Source of the DNA: Octopus vulgaris
Taxonomy: Eukaryota
NCBI GenBank assembly: GCA_951406725.2
Contig: OX597821.1
Span: 95,914,001-95,978,000 of the forward strand
DNA: 64,000 nt
Direction: 5' to 3'
Below, piece after piece: positions 12,790 through 26,155 of the stretch (positions are counted from its first letter, which is position 1; each line of letters begins with the position of its first letter). Position numbers and translations under genes: made by a program. The notes under the pieces are model-generated. The model saw nothing but the letters and a program-made list of their open reading frames with translations. It made no database searches and had not been told where the DNA came from.

Positions 12790-13612
12790 TGTGTTTGTGT
12801 GTGTGTTTGTCTCACCACCAGCATTGCTTGACAACCGATGTTGTGTCCCTGTAATTTAGTTGTTCAGTAGAAGAGACTGATAGATAAGCACCAAGCTTAC
12901 AGGGTCAATTTCTTCGACTAAAGGGTGGTGCTCCAGCATGGCCACCGTCAAATGACTGAAGCAAGTAAAAGAATAAAAGAATACCAGAAAAACTCTTCCT
13001 CCCCTTCCTCAATTTCCTCCCCTCCTTTGAATTTTCCAGGAAGTCCCTACCCATTCTCGGACTTTCCCAAGAAGTCCCCTTCTCGGACTTTTCCAGGAGG
13101 TCCCACTACCCCACCCCGGACTTTTCCAGCAAGTTCTTCCACCTTCTTTCCCGTCCTCCTCTTTCTCGGACTTTTTAAGAAAGTCCTTCCTTATCCTTCA
13201 CCCCTTCCTCCTCTCATCAGACTTTCCCAGGAAGTCCTTCCTCCCTTACCTTCCCTCCCCCTGCTCGGACTTTTGCAGGAAGTCCTTTCCCCCCTCCTCT
13301 CCTTCATCCCATCCTCCCCACCTCCGACTTTTCCAGGAAGTCCTGTCCCCCTCCTCAGACTTTTTCAGGAATCCCTTTCTCCCCCTCATCCCCTTCCTCA
13401 GAGTTTTCCAGGAAGTCCTTCCTCCTCTTCCTCCCCCTCCGATGTTGGTGCGTTTACGTCACTGTAATTTAGCTGTTCAGCAGAAGAGCCTGATAGAATA
13501 TGGACCAGGCTTACAAGTCCATGGGTCGATTTCTTCGACTAAAGGGTGGTGCTCCAGAATGGCCACTGTCAAATGACTGAAACAAGTAAAAGAATAAAAG
13601 AATACCAGAAAA
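12790..13612 (+). repeat. Two duplicated SINE-B 3' fragments flanking a 10-copy palindromic motif array (13028-13418)
   Basis: Motif ggacttttccaggaagtcc with C/T-rich spacers; both SINE pieces end in gaataccagaaaaa. Confidence 0.85.
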
Positions 13613-13727
13613 AACGTTCCGTACCACTAAAGCAAGAAGGTTCTTTGAATGTGTACGATGTATATGAAAGTTAAATAGTTATCCTGCTTACGTTCGTGTA
13701 ACTGAGATATTTTAGTTGGATCATTGG

Positions 13728-14040
13728 TGGAGGCACAATGGACTAGTGGTTAGGGCAACGGACTCGCAGTCGGAGGTTCGCGGTTTCAATTCCCAGATCG
13801 GGCGTTGCGTGTGTTTATTGAGCGAAAACACCTAAAAGGTCCACGAGGCTCCGGCTGGGGGTGGTGGCGACCCCTGTTGTACTCTTTCGCCACAACTTTC
13901 TCTCACACTTTCTTCCTGTTTCTTGAGTAACGCTGCGATGGACTGGCGTCCCGTCCAGCTGGGGGGAATACATACGCCACAGAAACCGGGAAACCGGGCC
14001 CATGAGCCTGGCTAGGCTTGAAAAGGGCGCATAAAGAAAA
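13728..14040 (+). mobile_element. SINE family A head with tail type 2
   Basis: Same tRNA head, then gctgcgatggactggcgtcccgtccag...gaaaccgggcccatgagcc; flanking duplication tcattggtg. Confidence 0.85.
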
Positions 14041-14310
14041 AATAATATAGTCATTGGTGTTACATCACTTTCTATATTCTGTAACTGTCATAATATACTT
14101 TTCTAGGCCTGAAATTTTTGAGTTGATTAAATCGACTCCAGTACACAACTGGTACTTAATTTATCGACCCCGAAAGGACGAAAGTTAGAATCGACCTACG
14201 AAGAATTTGAACTCAGAACATAAAGACAGACGGTCATAATATGCAAACATTTTTCATGGCACCGGCACATTGTTTATAGACGCTTACATTTTTTAGGTTT
14301 TCCAGCTAGT

Positions 14311-14531
14311 CTTTTACTCTTACTTTTTTCAGTCATTTGACTGCGGCCATGTTGGAGCACCGCCTTTAGTCGAGCAAATCGAGACCCCGGGACTCATTCT
14401 TTGTGAGCCCAGTACTTATTCTATCGGTTTCTTTTGCCGAACCGCTAACTTACGGGGACGTAAACACACCAGCATCGGTTATCAAGCAATGCAAGGGGGA
14501 CAAACACAGACACACAAACACACACATACAC

Positions 14532-14579
<48 letters not shown>

Positions 14580-14741
14580 GACAGGCTTCGTTCAGTTTCC
14601 GTCTACCAAATCCACTCACAAGGCATTGGTCGGCCCGGGGCTATAGCAGAAGACACTTGCCCAAGATGCCACGCAGTGGGACTGAACCCGGAACCATGTG
14701 GTTGGTTAGCAAGCTACTTACCACACAGCCACTCCTGCGCC
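14311..14741 (-). mobile_element. SINE family B, full length
   Basis: Consensus match. Confidence 0.92.
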
Positions 14742-14828
14742 TAGTGTATATTAATATATTAACTTTTGTACGTAGGTATGTATATATGCATATGTATGCA
14801 TCCGTGTAAATGGTCTGCGTGTGCTGTT

Positions 14829-14865
<37 letters not shown>

Positions 14866-16321
14866 GTGTGTGCATATACCTGTTGTGATGGCGTTGATTA
14901 ATCCAAGGGAGGTAACTATTCTTTACTTGATTACTAAGATATTTGTTTATATCACCACAGCTTAGTACGGCAGAAGATCCTAGTACTAAACCATTCATTG
15001 TGAAATATAAATCTAATGTTTGTTAAATATTGGGAAGCCAAGGTGGACAGTGAACTTACTAGAAATAACAACGCAATCTCCATAGAATAACATTACACCG
15101 CTTTAGATATGAAGGTCTCAGTGTATAATTTAATCCTAGATGATGTATCTTTAATAATACAAGGCAGGACGGACTTGTATGGAATTTTTCTTTGATTATT
15201 AGTCTGCTAAGAAATTGCTAACTTTGGGGCGAAATAAGAGGATGATGATGATGATGATGATAATGATAATAGTTGCCTCAAATTTTGGTGCAATGCCGGA
15301 AATATTATTAGGGAGATGGGGTTAATCAATAACATCGACCTCAATATTCTATTTTATCGACCCCGAAAGTGATAAAAGTAGAGAAAATTTTGTTTGGCGT
15401 GGTAAAGATTCTATCATATCAGCCCGGTGACATTGAAGTTTGGTACAAGATGAGTAATTTGGGAAAAGGGGTTTAGTCGATTATATGGATCCAAGTATGT
15501 GACCGTACTTATTTTATCGACCGTGAAAGGATGAAAGGCAATACTGACTTCAGCGGAATTTGAATTCAATCGTAAAAGCCGCTCGAAGTACAAATATTAC
15601 TGCAAGTTCATAGCTTTATTATTATTACTAGTAGAAAAACTGTCCTCCGGGCGGTTTTCTGCTGGCGTATGCATTGCGCATATTGATTGATATATATAAA
15701 TATATAGATACGATACATAAATTATTAAGTAAATTGACAATATGTGCATGAATTGACCAAAGACTTTGTTATAGTTTATTCTATAATCAATAAAATAATT
15801 CATGATACATTTATGAAAAAGACAATGATGAAAATTGGAAATGTGTTGAGGCTGTCAAAAGAAAATGTTCATGAATCTTCACTTGAGTGAATTTGAAAAT
15901 AGATGCTCAGGTGGGAATTAATGAATTACATTTACCAATATGAAGAGTTTAGTTTTTCTATGTTGTTGTTAGTCAGTTAGTTAGTTAGTTAATTTTTTGG
16001 CTCAAAAAGCAAAAAGCAAGGCCATGTAGGGGGACATGGAGTTATGTACAGGGTGGTGTTCATGTAAAGAGTTCAGGCCACTTGAGGTCAAGGGAGACTT
16101 TGGACCGAGCGGTCGTCGGCATCTTCACCGTCCGCAACCCGGACGGAGAAAGCCCCTCTCCATTCACTTATAGACTTCTTAAGTGTTTCTAGTTCCCTTT
16201 CCAAGCAATTAAAATGAAACTTAGGGGCTAATGCAGATTCGCACCTCCCATTGAAAAATGAATTCTTCTGAAAAGGTTTATTCGGATTCCTAGGTTTTAC
16301 ATGTCGGAGATTACGAATACT

Positions 16322-16710
16322 CTTCTACTTGTTTCAGTCATGTGACTGTGGCTATACTAGGGCACCGCCTTTAGTCGAGCAAATCGACCCAGGACTTATT
16401 TTTTGTAAGCCTAGTACTTATTCTATCGGTCACTTTTGCCGAACTGCTAAGTTACGGGGACGTAAACACACCAGCATCGGTTGTCAAGCGATTTTGGGGA
16501 CAAACACAGACACACGAACACACACACACATATATATATATACGTATATACGACGAGCTTCTTTCAACTTCCGTCTACCAAATCCACTCACAAGGCTTTG
16601 GTCTGTCCGAGGCTATAGTAGTAGACACTTACCCAAGGTGCCACGCAGTGGAACTGAACCCGGAAGCATGTGGTTCGTATGCAAGCTACTTACCACACAG
16701 CCACTCCTAC
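16322..16710 (-). mobile_element. SINE family B
   Basis: Consensus match. Confidence 0.9.
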
Positions 16711-17009
16711 GAATATGCAAAAAAAAAAAAAAAAAAAAAATCAAAATCTTACTCCACCTCTCAATCTTAATTTTAAATGTATTGTTGTATATTAAATTGC
16801 GGAAATTTCATTAAAGCGGTTATGCAACGTGGTAAAATAAGTTTTTTTTTAGTAATATCGAAACAACAATTTGTACAGTTTAGCCAAATGAATATAGAAA
16901 GTGCACTTTGCATACTTTCCTTAATGATATTTCCACACTGTACAACAATACATTAAAAAATGGGTAGGTGGGGGGTGGGTAACATTGTGAAATTTTTTTT
17001 TGAATATTT

Positions 17010-17536
17010 TGTCACACAGCTGGAAATGTCTGAGTAGGTTTGCGAGGCGTTTTACCATACCCTCTTCTATCTGCTAGCCCCATACAGTCGAAACGTGACT
17101 AAAAGACGGCATCCAATCGCCCATTAACACTAAAGGTTGGGACGTTCTTAGGAAAACCTCCAGATGTCTGAAGAAATCCGGCTGTCTTGCTCCTGTCGAA
17201 GTATAAGTAGCTACGAGTCTGACAGCATCCCCGTCACTACTGCTCATATTAAGGACCACCAACTTACCTTCTGGGTCCAAGATGATAGTCCTTATCTTGA
17301 GGTTCAGGCCTCTCCAGGACAGTTTCGCGGTTTCACCTCCCATTCCCGGTTGACATGGAAATAAATGTATCTCGTATCCACCGAATATGGGCATGAAAAC
17401 TTGTCGGTCCAGAGTTTGGTTTCACTGATGACCACTACATCTACACTTAGTGACCGGAAGTCGGTAAGTAGATGGCCATGTTTTCAAGGCGACCCCAGGC
17501 CACGTAGTTTATACTACCTATTCTGAACAAGGCCAT
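17010..17536 (-). mobile_element. L1/Tx1-like LINE apurinic-endonuclease fragment
   Basis: MALFRIGSIN...DVVVISETKL...DPEGKLVVL...LVATY...LVLMGDW, with frameshifts; a possible related 3' end with (TAAC)n tail lies at ~15975-16140. Confidence 0.75.
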
Positions 17537-17912
17537 GTCAGATTAAGGTATAGAAACGAAAATGACACCTTACAGTAATTTTGTTGACGAGTAGGGGATG
17601 GACATTCCGTCCCCATAGGTATATATGGATGTTTCCACGAGCAGTTCTTTATATAGTCTTTTATTGATGTCTCTCCTGCTGGATATTTAATTCTTATGGT
17701 GTTGTATGCGTTTTGTGATGTTTGGATGACTTTTATGTATTGGTGTGTTGTTCCTTGGTGTGATGTCTGTATGGTTATATGTGCGATCCATTAATTCTTT
17801 TGTTGCTTGTGTTTATTGTTGTGTAGTTTAAAATGTCTGACTTAGCAGCAGCAGCAGCAGCAACAACAACAACAACAACAACAACAACAGCAGCAGCAGC
17901 AGCAGCAGCAGC

Positions 17913-18230
17913 ATTTCGATTCCCAGACCGGGCGTTGTGTGTGTTTATTGAGCGAAAACACCTAAAGCTCCACGAGGCTCCGGTTGGGGGTGGTTGCGAC
18001 CCCTGTTGTACTCTTTCGCCCCAACTTTCGCTCACTCTTTCTTCCTGTTTCTTGTCCCCGACTTCCTACGCAACCGCTGATCCTGGATGCGCATTCATCC
18101 ATCCGTCGATGCTCTCGGTGTCGGGGGGTTGACCTGCTTTCTCTTCTGCGGGTCTTATGAATAGCAAAGGACCACGTTTCGGACTTCTCCCATCTTGCGA
18201 GCTCTGGGACGAAGACCGTTCGCTCAACAG
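17913..18230 (+). mobile_element. SINE family A (5'-truncated) with tail type 3, in CAG/CAA repeats
   Basis: Near-identical to 26156-26525. Confidence 0.85.
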
Positions 18231-18845
18231 CAACAGCAGCAGCAACGACGACATGAACAACAAGAACAACAACAATAATAATTTCTTTTAATTAGCAACA
18301 AGGGAATCCTTTTTGCTACAAGTACAAGAGGCCTGGAATTTTGGAGGAGGCGAGTAGTCGATTATATAGACCCCAGTTTGCAACTAGTATTTGTTTCTTC
18401 GATCCTGAAAGAATGAAAAGTAAAGTCGATCCCGGCGGAATTTGAAGTCAGAATGTGAAAAACCGGAAGAAATGCTGTTAAACATTTTTTCAGACAAAAT
18501 CGAACAAAAATCCTAACAGAATGTAGGGTCCTCAATGCTCTGAATGCGATACCGTAGGCTTCAGATTTATTTTTCATCTTTGGATGGCCATGAAATATGA
18601 ACCAGTGAAAAACTAGGGTCGACATAGTCGACTGCTCGTACCCTAAAGTTTTTCTAGCCTACATAGGTATGTATGTAAGAAATTATTAAAATAGCATGAA
18701 AATATATCGATAAGTATTTATGTATAAATATGCAGGTGCTACTTTGGCGCGTGATCTACAAGGGAGATTACTTCACGTTACTTTTTAGTTTACTTTTCAA
18801 TTTCTAAATCCCGTAAGATGTTGGTTAAAATTTTTTACAATGTTA

Positions 18846-19480
18846 AGGCGGCGAGCTGGCAGAAACGTTAGCACGCCGGGCGAAATGCTTAGCGGTATTT
18901 CGTCTGCCGTTACGTTCTGAGTTCAAATTCCGCCGAGGTCGACTTTGCCTTTCATCCTTTCGGGTTCGATAAATTAAATACCAGTTACGCACTGTGGTAG
19001 ACATATACGACTTAATCCGTTTGTCTGTCCTTGTTTGTCCCCTCTATGTTTAGCACCTTGTGGGCAATAAAGAAATAAGAAACGTTAGCACGCCGGGCAA
19101 AATGCTTAGCAGTATTTCGTCTGTCGTTACGTTGTGAGTTCAAATTCCGCCGAGGTCGACCTTGCCTTTCATCCTTTCGGGGTTGATTAAATAAGTACCA
19201 GTTACGCACTGGGGTCGATATAATCGACTTAATCCGTTTGTCTGTCCTTGTTTGTCCTCTCTGTGTGTAGCCCCTTATGGGTAGTAAAGAAATAGGTATT
19301 TCGACAGCCGCTACGTTCTGAGTTCAAATTCCGCCGAGGTCGACTTTGCTTTTCATCCTTTCGGGGTCGATAAATTAAGTACCAGTTACGCACTGAGGTC
19401 GTTGTAATCGACTTAATCTCTTTGTCTGTCCTTGTTTGTCCCCTCTATGTTTAGCCCCTTGTGGGTAGTAAAGAAATAAG
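18846..19480 (+). mobile_element. Head-to-tail trimer of SINE family C
   Basis: Three units each containing gagttcaaattccgccgaggtcgac...ttcatcctttcggg and ending aaagaaata. Confidence 0.9.
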
Positions 19481-20536
19481 ATTTTTATAATGTGATCAGT
19501 GACGAGACAAAAACAGTTGCATTTTTACTAAAAAACCGGCACTAAATTCACATACTTTCTTAAGAAAAAGAAAGGTGCCTCTTTAGCGTGTGATCTACAA
19601 TTTAAAGGGAGATGACTTTATATGGTTTTCTTATTAAAATAGTAAAAAGTAAACTAAAATGTACCCTATAGTAGTATCAATGTGTGTGTCTATAGGCGTA
19701 TATCTATCCATCTATCTATCGATCAATCTGCACACCCACAAGAATATATGCATGCATTCATATAGAAACCCACACACCTACACAAAATATGTATATTATT
19801 TCATACACAATAGAATATATCAAAAACACGACTTGTCGAAGGTTTATTATTTTTTTAAAATGAAAGTGTTAATGTATTTTCTAAATCAATTTATATTTTG
19901 TACAGAACAATAAGTCATAAGTTCATCGACCTTTTTAGAATTCCCCTGATATTATCTTTAAAAAAAAAAACAAGAAGGAAAAACAAAAATTCAAGCGAAA
20001 AAAGAAAAAAAGAATCTCAAAAACGTAGAAAATCACAATTATTCGAATTTTTTTTTTTAACTCACTGTATTTCACGTGAAAGATTGCTTTAGTTATATTT
20101 AATATGCAGAACGTTCTGCAGAAGTAAATTCCCTGTCATAATTTTGTTGATCGGTGTGGCGTAATCAGAGACGCTGCATGTCTTTTATTTCGCTTTTCCT
20201 CACTTTTCTCTTTCTCTTTTTCTTCCACTCCTTCTTCTCAATATACATACATACATGTATGTATATATGTGTATGTACGTACGTACGTATGTATATATGT
20301 ATGTATGTTTGTATGTATGTATGTATGTATGTATGTATGTATGTATGTATGTATGTATGTATGAATGTATGTATGCATGTATATATATATATATACACAC
20401 AAATACATACGTACGTATGTACATACATGTCACACATACATATATACATGTATACAAATGTGCATATCTATCTATCTGCCTATCTATACATCCCTCTATG
20501 TGTGTGTGTATGTATGTATGTATGTATGTATGTACA

Positions 20537-20600
<64 letters not shown>

Positions 20601-20601
20601 C

Positions 20602-20672
<71 letters not shown>

Positions 20673-20862
20673 AACTCAAAAACCAACATAACGATCGTTT
20701 CGACCTCAGGTCATTATCAAGTGCCATTATTAAGTTACTCTACATTCTTATCACGTATTGAATACTAAATATAAACGTAGTCAGCATCGATGGAACCGAT
20801 CTCAACGGGCACAATATATCACAAACTCCAACGCACAAATAATAATAATAATAATAATAGTG

Positions 20863-20945
<83 letters not shown>

Positions 20946-21151
20946 TTTTGGAGCACAGTGAAATATATTAGTTATAGCAGAAAAATAAATGAGAAGACAT
21001 TTCAGACATCTTTTCTGTCTTTATTTATATAGAAATATAGAAATATAAAGATATAGAGACATAGGCAAGTCTGAATTTTCTGAAGAAAAAAAGAGAATAC
21101 TGTTTAAATCCTTGTATTGTGACTTTTTCGTTTTAAATGTTAAACACAGTA

Positions 21152-21210
<59 letters not shown>

Positions 21211-21246
21211 CCAACTTAGAGATGGATGCGTGCGTTCCGTCATATA

Positions 21247-21916
21247 ATAACAAATTAATAAATAAAACATATGCATATATACATACATATATGTACGTAC
21301 CTACATCTACATGTATATATACATGCATATATGGGTACAGGACACAAAAAAAACGTCGAACACAATGAGAAACGAAAACATAAACACAAAACCAAGGAAA
21401 TGGACATTTTTCTTAAACAACGAAAAAATAGAGTACATGACATATAACACAAGGAAAATTCCCCTTCTTCAGTCGCCTCTGTTTCATCTACTCCGCGTTT
21501 CGAAGGTCAAGGCGGGACACGACTTCAGGGAAACATTCCTTCCCGCAAAAAGCAAATTAAATAAAATTTGAGATTTTTTTGCGGAAGGGTAAAAATGGTA
21601 ACAAAAACAGGACAGTAAAGACAGTACAAATTATAAACAGTAAAAGACAGGGCAAGGAGAATAACAGTAACACAAACAATGAGGGCTGTTAAGCCAAACG
21701 AGAGAAAATATTACGAACGTTTGTTGAGAACGGCAGAGAGAGAGACACGGAAAAGCCGTCAACGCTCGAGGGAAGCGAGGTCAGAAAGACAGTAGTTTTC
21801 TCGTGTTCGACGTTCTTTTGGTGTCCTGTACCCATATATGCATGTATATATACATGTAGATGTAGGTACGTACATATATGTATGTATATATGCGTATGTT
21901 TTATTTATTAATTTGT

Positions 21917-21919
<3 letters not shown>
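21247..21919. mobile_element. (TA)n-flanked non-autonomous element with ~125-bp inverted arms, Penelope terminal-repeat-like
   Basis: 21247-21372 is the reverse complement of ~21796-21919; related copy at ~55350-55770. Confidence 0.7.
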
Positions 21920-21947
<28 letters not shown>

Positions 21948-22584
21948 GCGCACGCACACACACACATAAATATATTTATGTGCTCGTGTCTTTTTGTTTG
22001 TGTTTGCTTGCCATCCCACTTGATAAGCGGCGTTGGTTTGTTTATGTCCCCGTAAACAAGCGTACTGATTTGTTTGACTAAACTCCTCGAGGCTGTGCCC
22101 CAGCATGCCAGCAGTCCCAAAGAGTGAAATAAGTAATTTTTGAATGAGACCACCTTCTAAACTCAGTAAGGCTGAGAGAGTCCAAGAAGTTCCTCTGCCT
22201 GAATTTGTATTGAATGGATAAAGTGTTGCACAACACTCAACCCACTTTTTCAGCGAAATCAGCTATAAAAACGTGTGGCACAGCGGAGGTTGAGATGACC
22301 AGAAACCACCACCGGGTGTTTGTTTCTTTTTAGCTCACCTTCAAGAAGGAATTTCTAACGAGAACTAAGGGTTCTTCGACCCCAGTGGTTCACATGCTAA
22401 TTAACCCATAGGTGAGGTGGGAACCTGACAGGTGTCACTAATATGGGGTCAGAGTAGACCTAGAAACAAAAGTGATTCAGACGTGGGTCCACACTCCTCA
22501 AAAGCCTGAATTCCCGTACAAGGAACACACAACCAGATGTAGTTTAAAGTTATAGTCAGGGCAATAAATAAACAACAACGGTGT

Positions 22585-23339
22585 TAAAACGGCAACCTTT
22601 GAGTTGCGTTTTCATCTAGGGGAAGAGATGGAAATCTGCAGGTGCTAAATCTGACGAATAGGGGTGAGGTGCCAAAGCGATACCATGTGAGGAGATATCG
22701 GTGACAGAGTATCTTGTGAAGAATCCAATTCTTCGTACTCCACAAATCTGGTGGCTTTCGCTGAATGTCCTCTCTCAAACGTTTCAAAACGTCGCAGTAG
22801 AACTCTCGATTGACGGTCTGACGCCGGGGAAGGGAATTCTCGACGTACAAAACCGTGAATGTCGAAAAAGACGATGAGCATGCTCTTGATTGAGCTGCGG
22901 CTCTGTCGAGCCTTCTTCGGTAGTGGAGAGGAAGGGCTCTTCCATTGTGATGACTGCTGCTTCGTCTCAGGGTCGTACCCGTAGATCCATCTCCGGTCAC
23001 CAGTGATGATCCTCGACATGAAGGATGGGTCATCAGCGGCACGCTGACGGAAATCTTGACAGACTTTGATGCGATGGTCCTTTCTGCTCAGTGGTCAGCA
23101 AGCAGGGGACAAACTTGACAGAGACACGTCGCATGTTCAATTCAGACGTTAGGATTGCCTGCACAGACCAATACGACAGACCAACAATATCAACAATGTC
23201 GTTGATTATCCTCCTCCGATGCTGATGCACAAGCTGACCAATTTTCTCCACATTTTCGGGTGTGATGCTCGTGGCGGATCTTCCTGATCTGTTGACGCGA
23301 TACAGAACTAGTCTGAGAACTTTTGGATACCACCTTGTA
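22585..23339 (-). mobile_element. mariner-family transposon, internally deleted and frameshifted
   Basis: RRVSVKFVPCLLT, SRIITGDRRWIYGYDPETKQQSSQW, KSMLIVFFDIHG; TIR tacaaggtggtatccaaaagttc. Confidence 0.92.
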
Positions 23340-23545
23340 CATACATACATACATACATACATACATACATACATACATACATACGTACATACATACATAC
23401 ATACATAATACACACGCACACACATATACATACATGGGTGTGTCTCAGCACGGCCACAGACTCTGGGCTAAAATGCATAAAATAATAATAGTATATATAC
23501 ATATACATGTATATATGCATACACACACATACACAGACACATATG

Positions 23546-23586
<41 letters not shown>

Positions 23587-24519
23587 CTGTATGTATATAC
23601 ATACGCATGTATGTGTGTGTGCGTGTGCGTGCGTATGTGTGCGTGTGCGTGCGCTTGAGCACACACAGAGACACAGAGACACACAGACAGACACACACAT
23701 GCATCAGTTGTGACCAAAGTTCCAGTGATTTCGCTGTCCACCCATAAATACAAAATATCTCGAGTTGTGTTAATTATTTAGTAAATACTAAATTAGTATT
23801 GTAATATTTATAAATTTAGCATCATGAAATATAAAATAATTTCTCAAATACAAAGCAATTTAATAATTTTGTTAAATTAGTATAAAAAAATAATTAAGTA
23901 ACATAATGAAGTTCGAATCGAAAAAAAATCAGAATGAAATAGAAAATACAAAATGCCATTAAAGAAAAAAACAAAAAACAAACAAAAATCCTAAAGAAAA
24001 CACTAAGCAACAAAAAAAAACAAAAAAACAAAAACAAAAATGAAGAAATTAATGGTTCGATAAAATTTAGTATTCTCCAATATGATTTATTAATATTAAT
24101 GTAATTAGCGTTATAAAATAAGAAATAATTTGTGAAATACAATATAATTTAATGGATTTTAATAAACTAATTATTTTAAATATAATTGTCATTAGCGTGG
24201 AAGTAAAAATTGCAGAGGCATGACTATGAGGTTAAGAATCTCGTTTGCAAACATTCTATATCGGGTTCGATCCCTCAACGTAACATCTTGGGTGGGGTCA
24301 GGGTCTTTTGCTCTAGCCTCATTCGAGTCACGCTTTGCAAATGAAATTTGTTAGACGGAAACTGTGGGGAAGCCTGTGTGGGTGATTGTTGCTTTTGTTG
24401 AGTAATTGACTTAATCTGTCACCCTGTTTACCACCATCATGTACCTAGCCCTTTGGAGCATTTTGGGGAAATACACTCGACTGCGAAGTTTAGGGCCAAG
24501 TCTATGGTTTTAAAATAAC

Positions 24520-25270
24520 TTTCTTCCCCCACAGAAAGTCATACAGTTTCGCCAATGTATTCATTTAAGCCATAGCAACAAGAACACGTGTGAGTGGGAC
24601 TAAACGGTAAATGATTGTGAGGAGAGAAAGGCGACGAGCTGGCAGAAAGGTTAGCACGCCGGGTGAAATGCTTAGCGGTATTTCGTCTGCGTTACGTTGT
24701 GAGTTCAAATTCCGCCGAGGTCGACTTTGCCTTTCATCCTTTCGGGGTCGATAAATTAAGTACCAGTTACGCACTGGGGTCGATATAATCGACTTAATAC
24801 CTATGTCTGTCCTTGTTTGTCCCCTCTGTGTTTAGCCCCTTGTGGGTAATAAAGAAATAGGTAAATGATTGACGACCATGTACCCGGACAGCTGTTGTGC
24901 GGTGAGCTCACACAGGGCTCGCACAAACGAGGAAGATGTAAACTGAAGTACAAAGAGACTCTGAAAAGTAACCTCAAATGGAGCGGCATTAGACACGCGA
25001 ACTCGAAGCTTCTGCTGCAGACAGATCAACGTGGAAATCTCTCACCTCACGATCAGCAGCTGCCTTCAAAGAGGACCGGTGACAACGTCCCGATGCTGCA
25101 AGAGAAAGACGTCACTGAGCAGCATCCACCTCAATCCAGTCAACAGACCATCGCTGTGACATCTGTAGGCGCCTGTGTGCTTCCAGCTTTGGGCTGCGAA
25201 GTCACATGCACTCTCATCGCTGAGAACACAGACTTCATTGCCGTCATCAGACATCGATGGACTACCTACC
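24520..25270 (+). mobile_element. RTE-clade LINE 3' end, interrupted by SINE C
   Basis: DDHVPGQLLCGELTQGSHKRGRCKLKYKETLKSNLK and a terminal CDICRRLCASSFGLRSH zinc-finger-like peptide in another frame. Confidence 0.8.
24630..24862 (+). mobile_element. SINE family C with flanking duplication ggtaaatgattg
   Basis: Consensus match to the 18846 unit. Confidence 0.9.
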
Positions 25271-25321
25271 ATTGCTACTATGGAGCTGTTGAAGAATGGT
25301 CTTTAGACATGTTGCACTTAA

Positions 25322-25810
25322 CTTGTTCAGTTTGGAACCCCTATCTTGCTCAATACATTGACCTCCTGGAATCTGTCCAGAGACGTGCAACCAAACGCAT
25401 ACCCTCCATCAGACACCTACCGTACTCTGAGCGCCTTGTTTCCCTGGGCATGGATTCACTGAAGCTCCGGCGTCTGGCGATGGACTTGGTAAACACCCAC
25501 AAAGTTATCAACCACCTCACCAACAACAACACTGAACACCTTTTTGATCTCCATGTGTCTAACACACGTGGACATGCCTACAAAGTCAGAAAACAACACA
25601 GCTTCCATGACTTTCGGAAACATTTTTTCACGCTCAGAGTTGCTGAAGCATGGAATAAACTGCCTGCGTCAGTTGTTGACTGCCATGACACTGCATCCTT
25701 TAAGGCCCTCATGCTTTCCGAAATCCGCCGAGACTACACCTGATTATACATACACTTTAGATGAGTTGTAGTGCACCTGAGCACTGTACACAATGTTTTT
25801 ATTATATTAT
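25322..25810 (+). mobile_element. CR1-clade LINE 3' fragment
   Basis: CSVWNPY...LESVQRRATK...TRGHAYK...RKHFFTLRVAEAWNKLP. Confidence 0.9.
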
Positions 25811-26155
25811 ATTATATATTATTTCACCTTGCAGTAAAAAGGAACCATGGAGGAATAAACCATGGATAGTTAGCGTCTATGTGGTCATTAGACCTATTAG
25901 AAATAGCACTCAAATATCCTTAAAATCCTACTGCGTTAAAAAAAACGAAGTGTACACAGAATAATGTGATGGGGATATCACAGTTGGGACAGCCTTTGGT
26001 GACAGATCTACTTGAACAGGGATTGCTTAAGACTAAACATCACAGCCACAAGCACTAGCAGCAGCAGCCGCAGCAGCAACACTACCACAACGATGATGAC
26101 GGTAACTACTAGAATTAGCACCAGCAGCGCCACTAGTACCACCAGCAACAGCATT

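Noticed and set aside
13028-13418. CRISPR-like repeat-spacer appearance and the 180-aa Pro-rich ORF 12925-13467
   Set aside because: Eukaryotic context, no cas genes, degenerate repeats and low-complexity spacers of uneven length; the ORF starts inside a SINE
15625-15670. Hairpin resembling a Helentron/Helitron end or a terminator
   Set aside because: Single short hairpin; the other diagnostic end could not be identified confidently
18165-18200. Hammerhead half-motif (GAAACgtgGTC on minus) in SINE tail 3
   Set aside because: No CUGANGA box upstream of the putative stem II
24865-25743. 292-aa ORF as a gene
   Set aside because: Chance in-frame join of an RTE 3' fragment and a CR1 3' fragment
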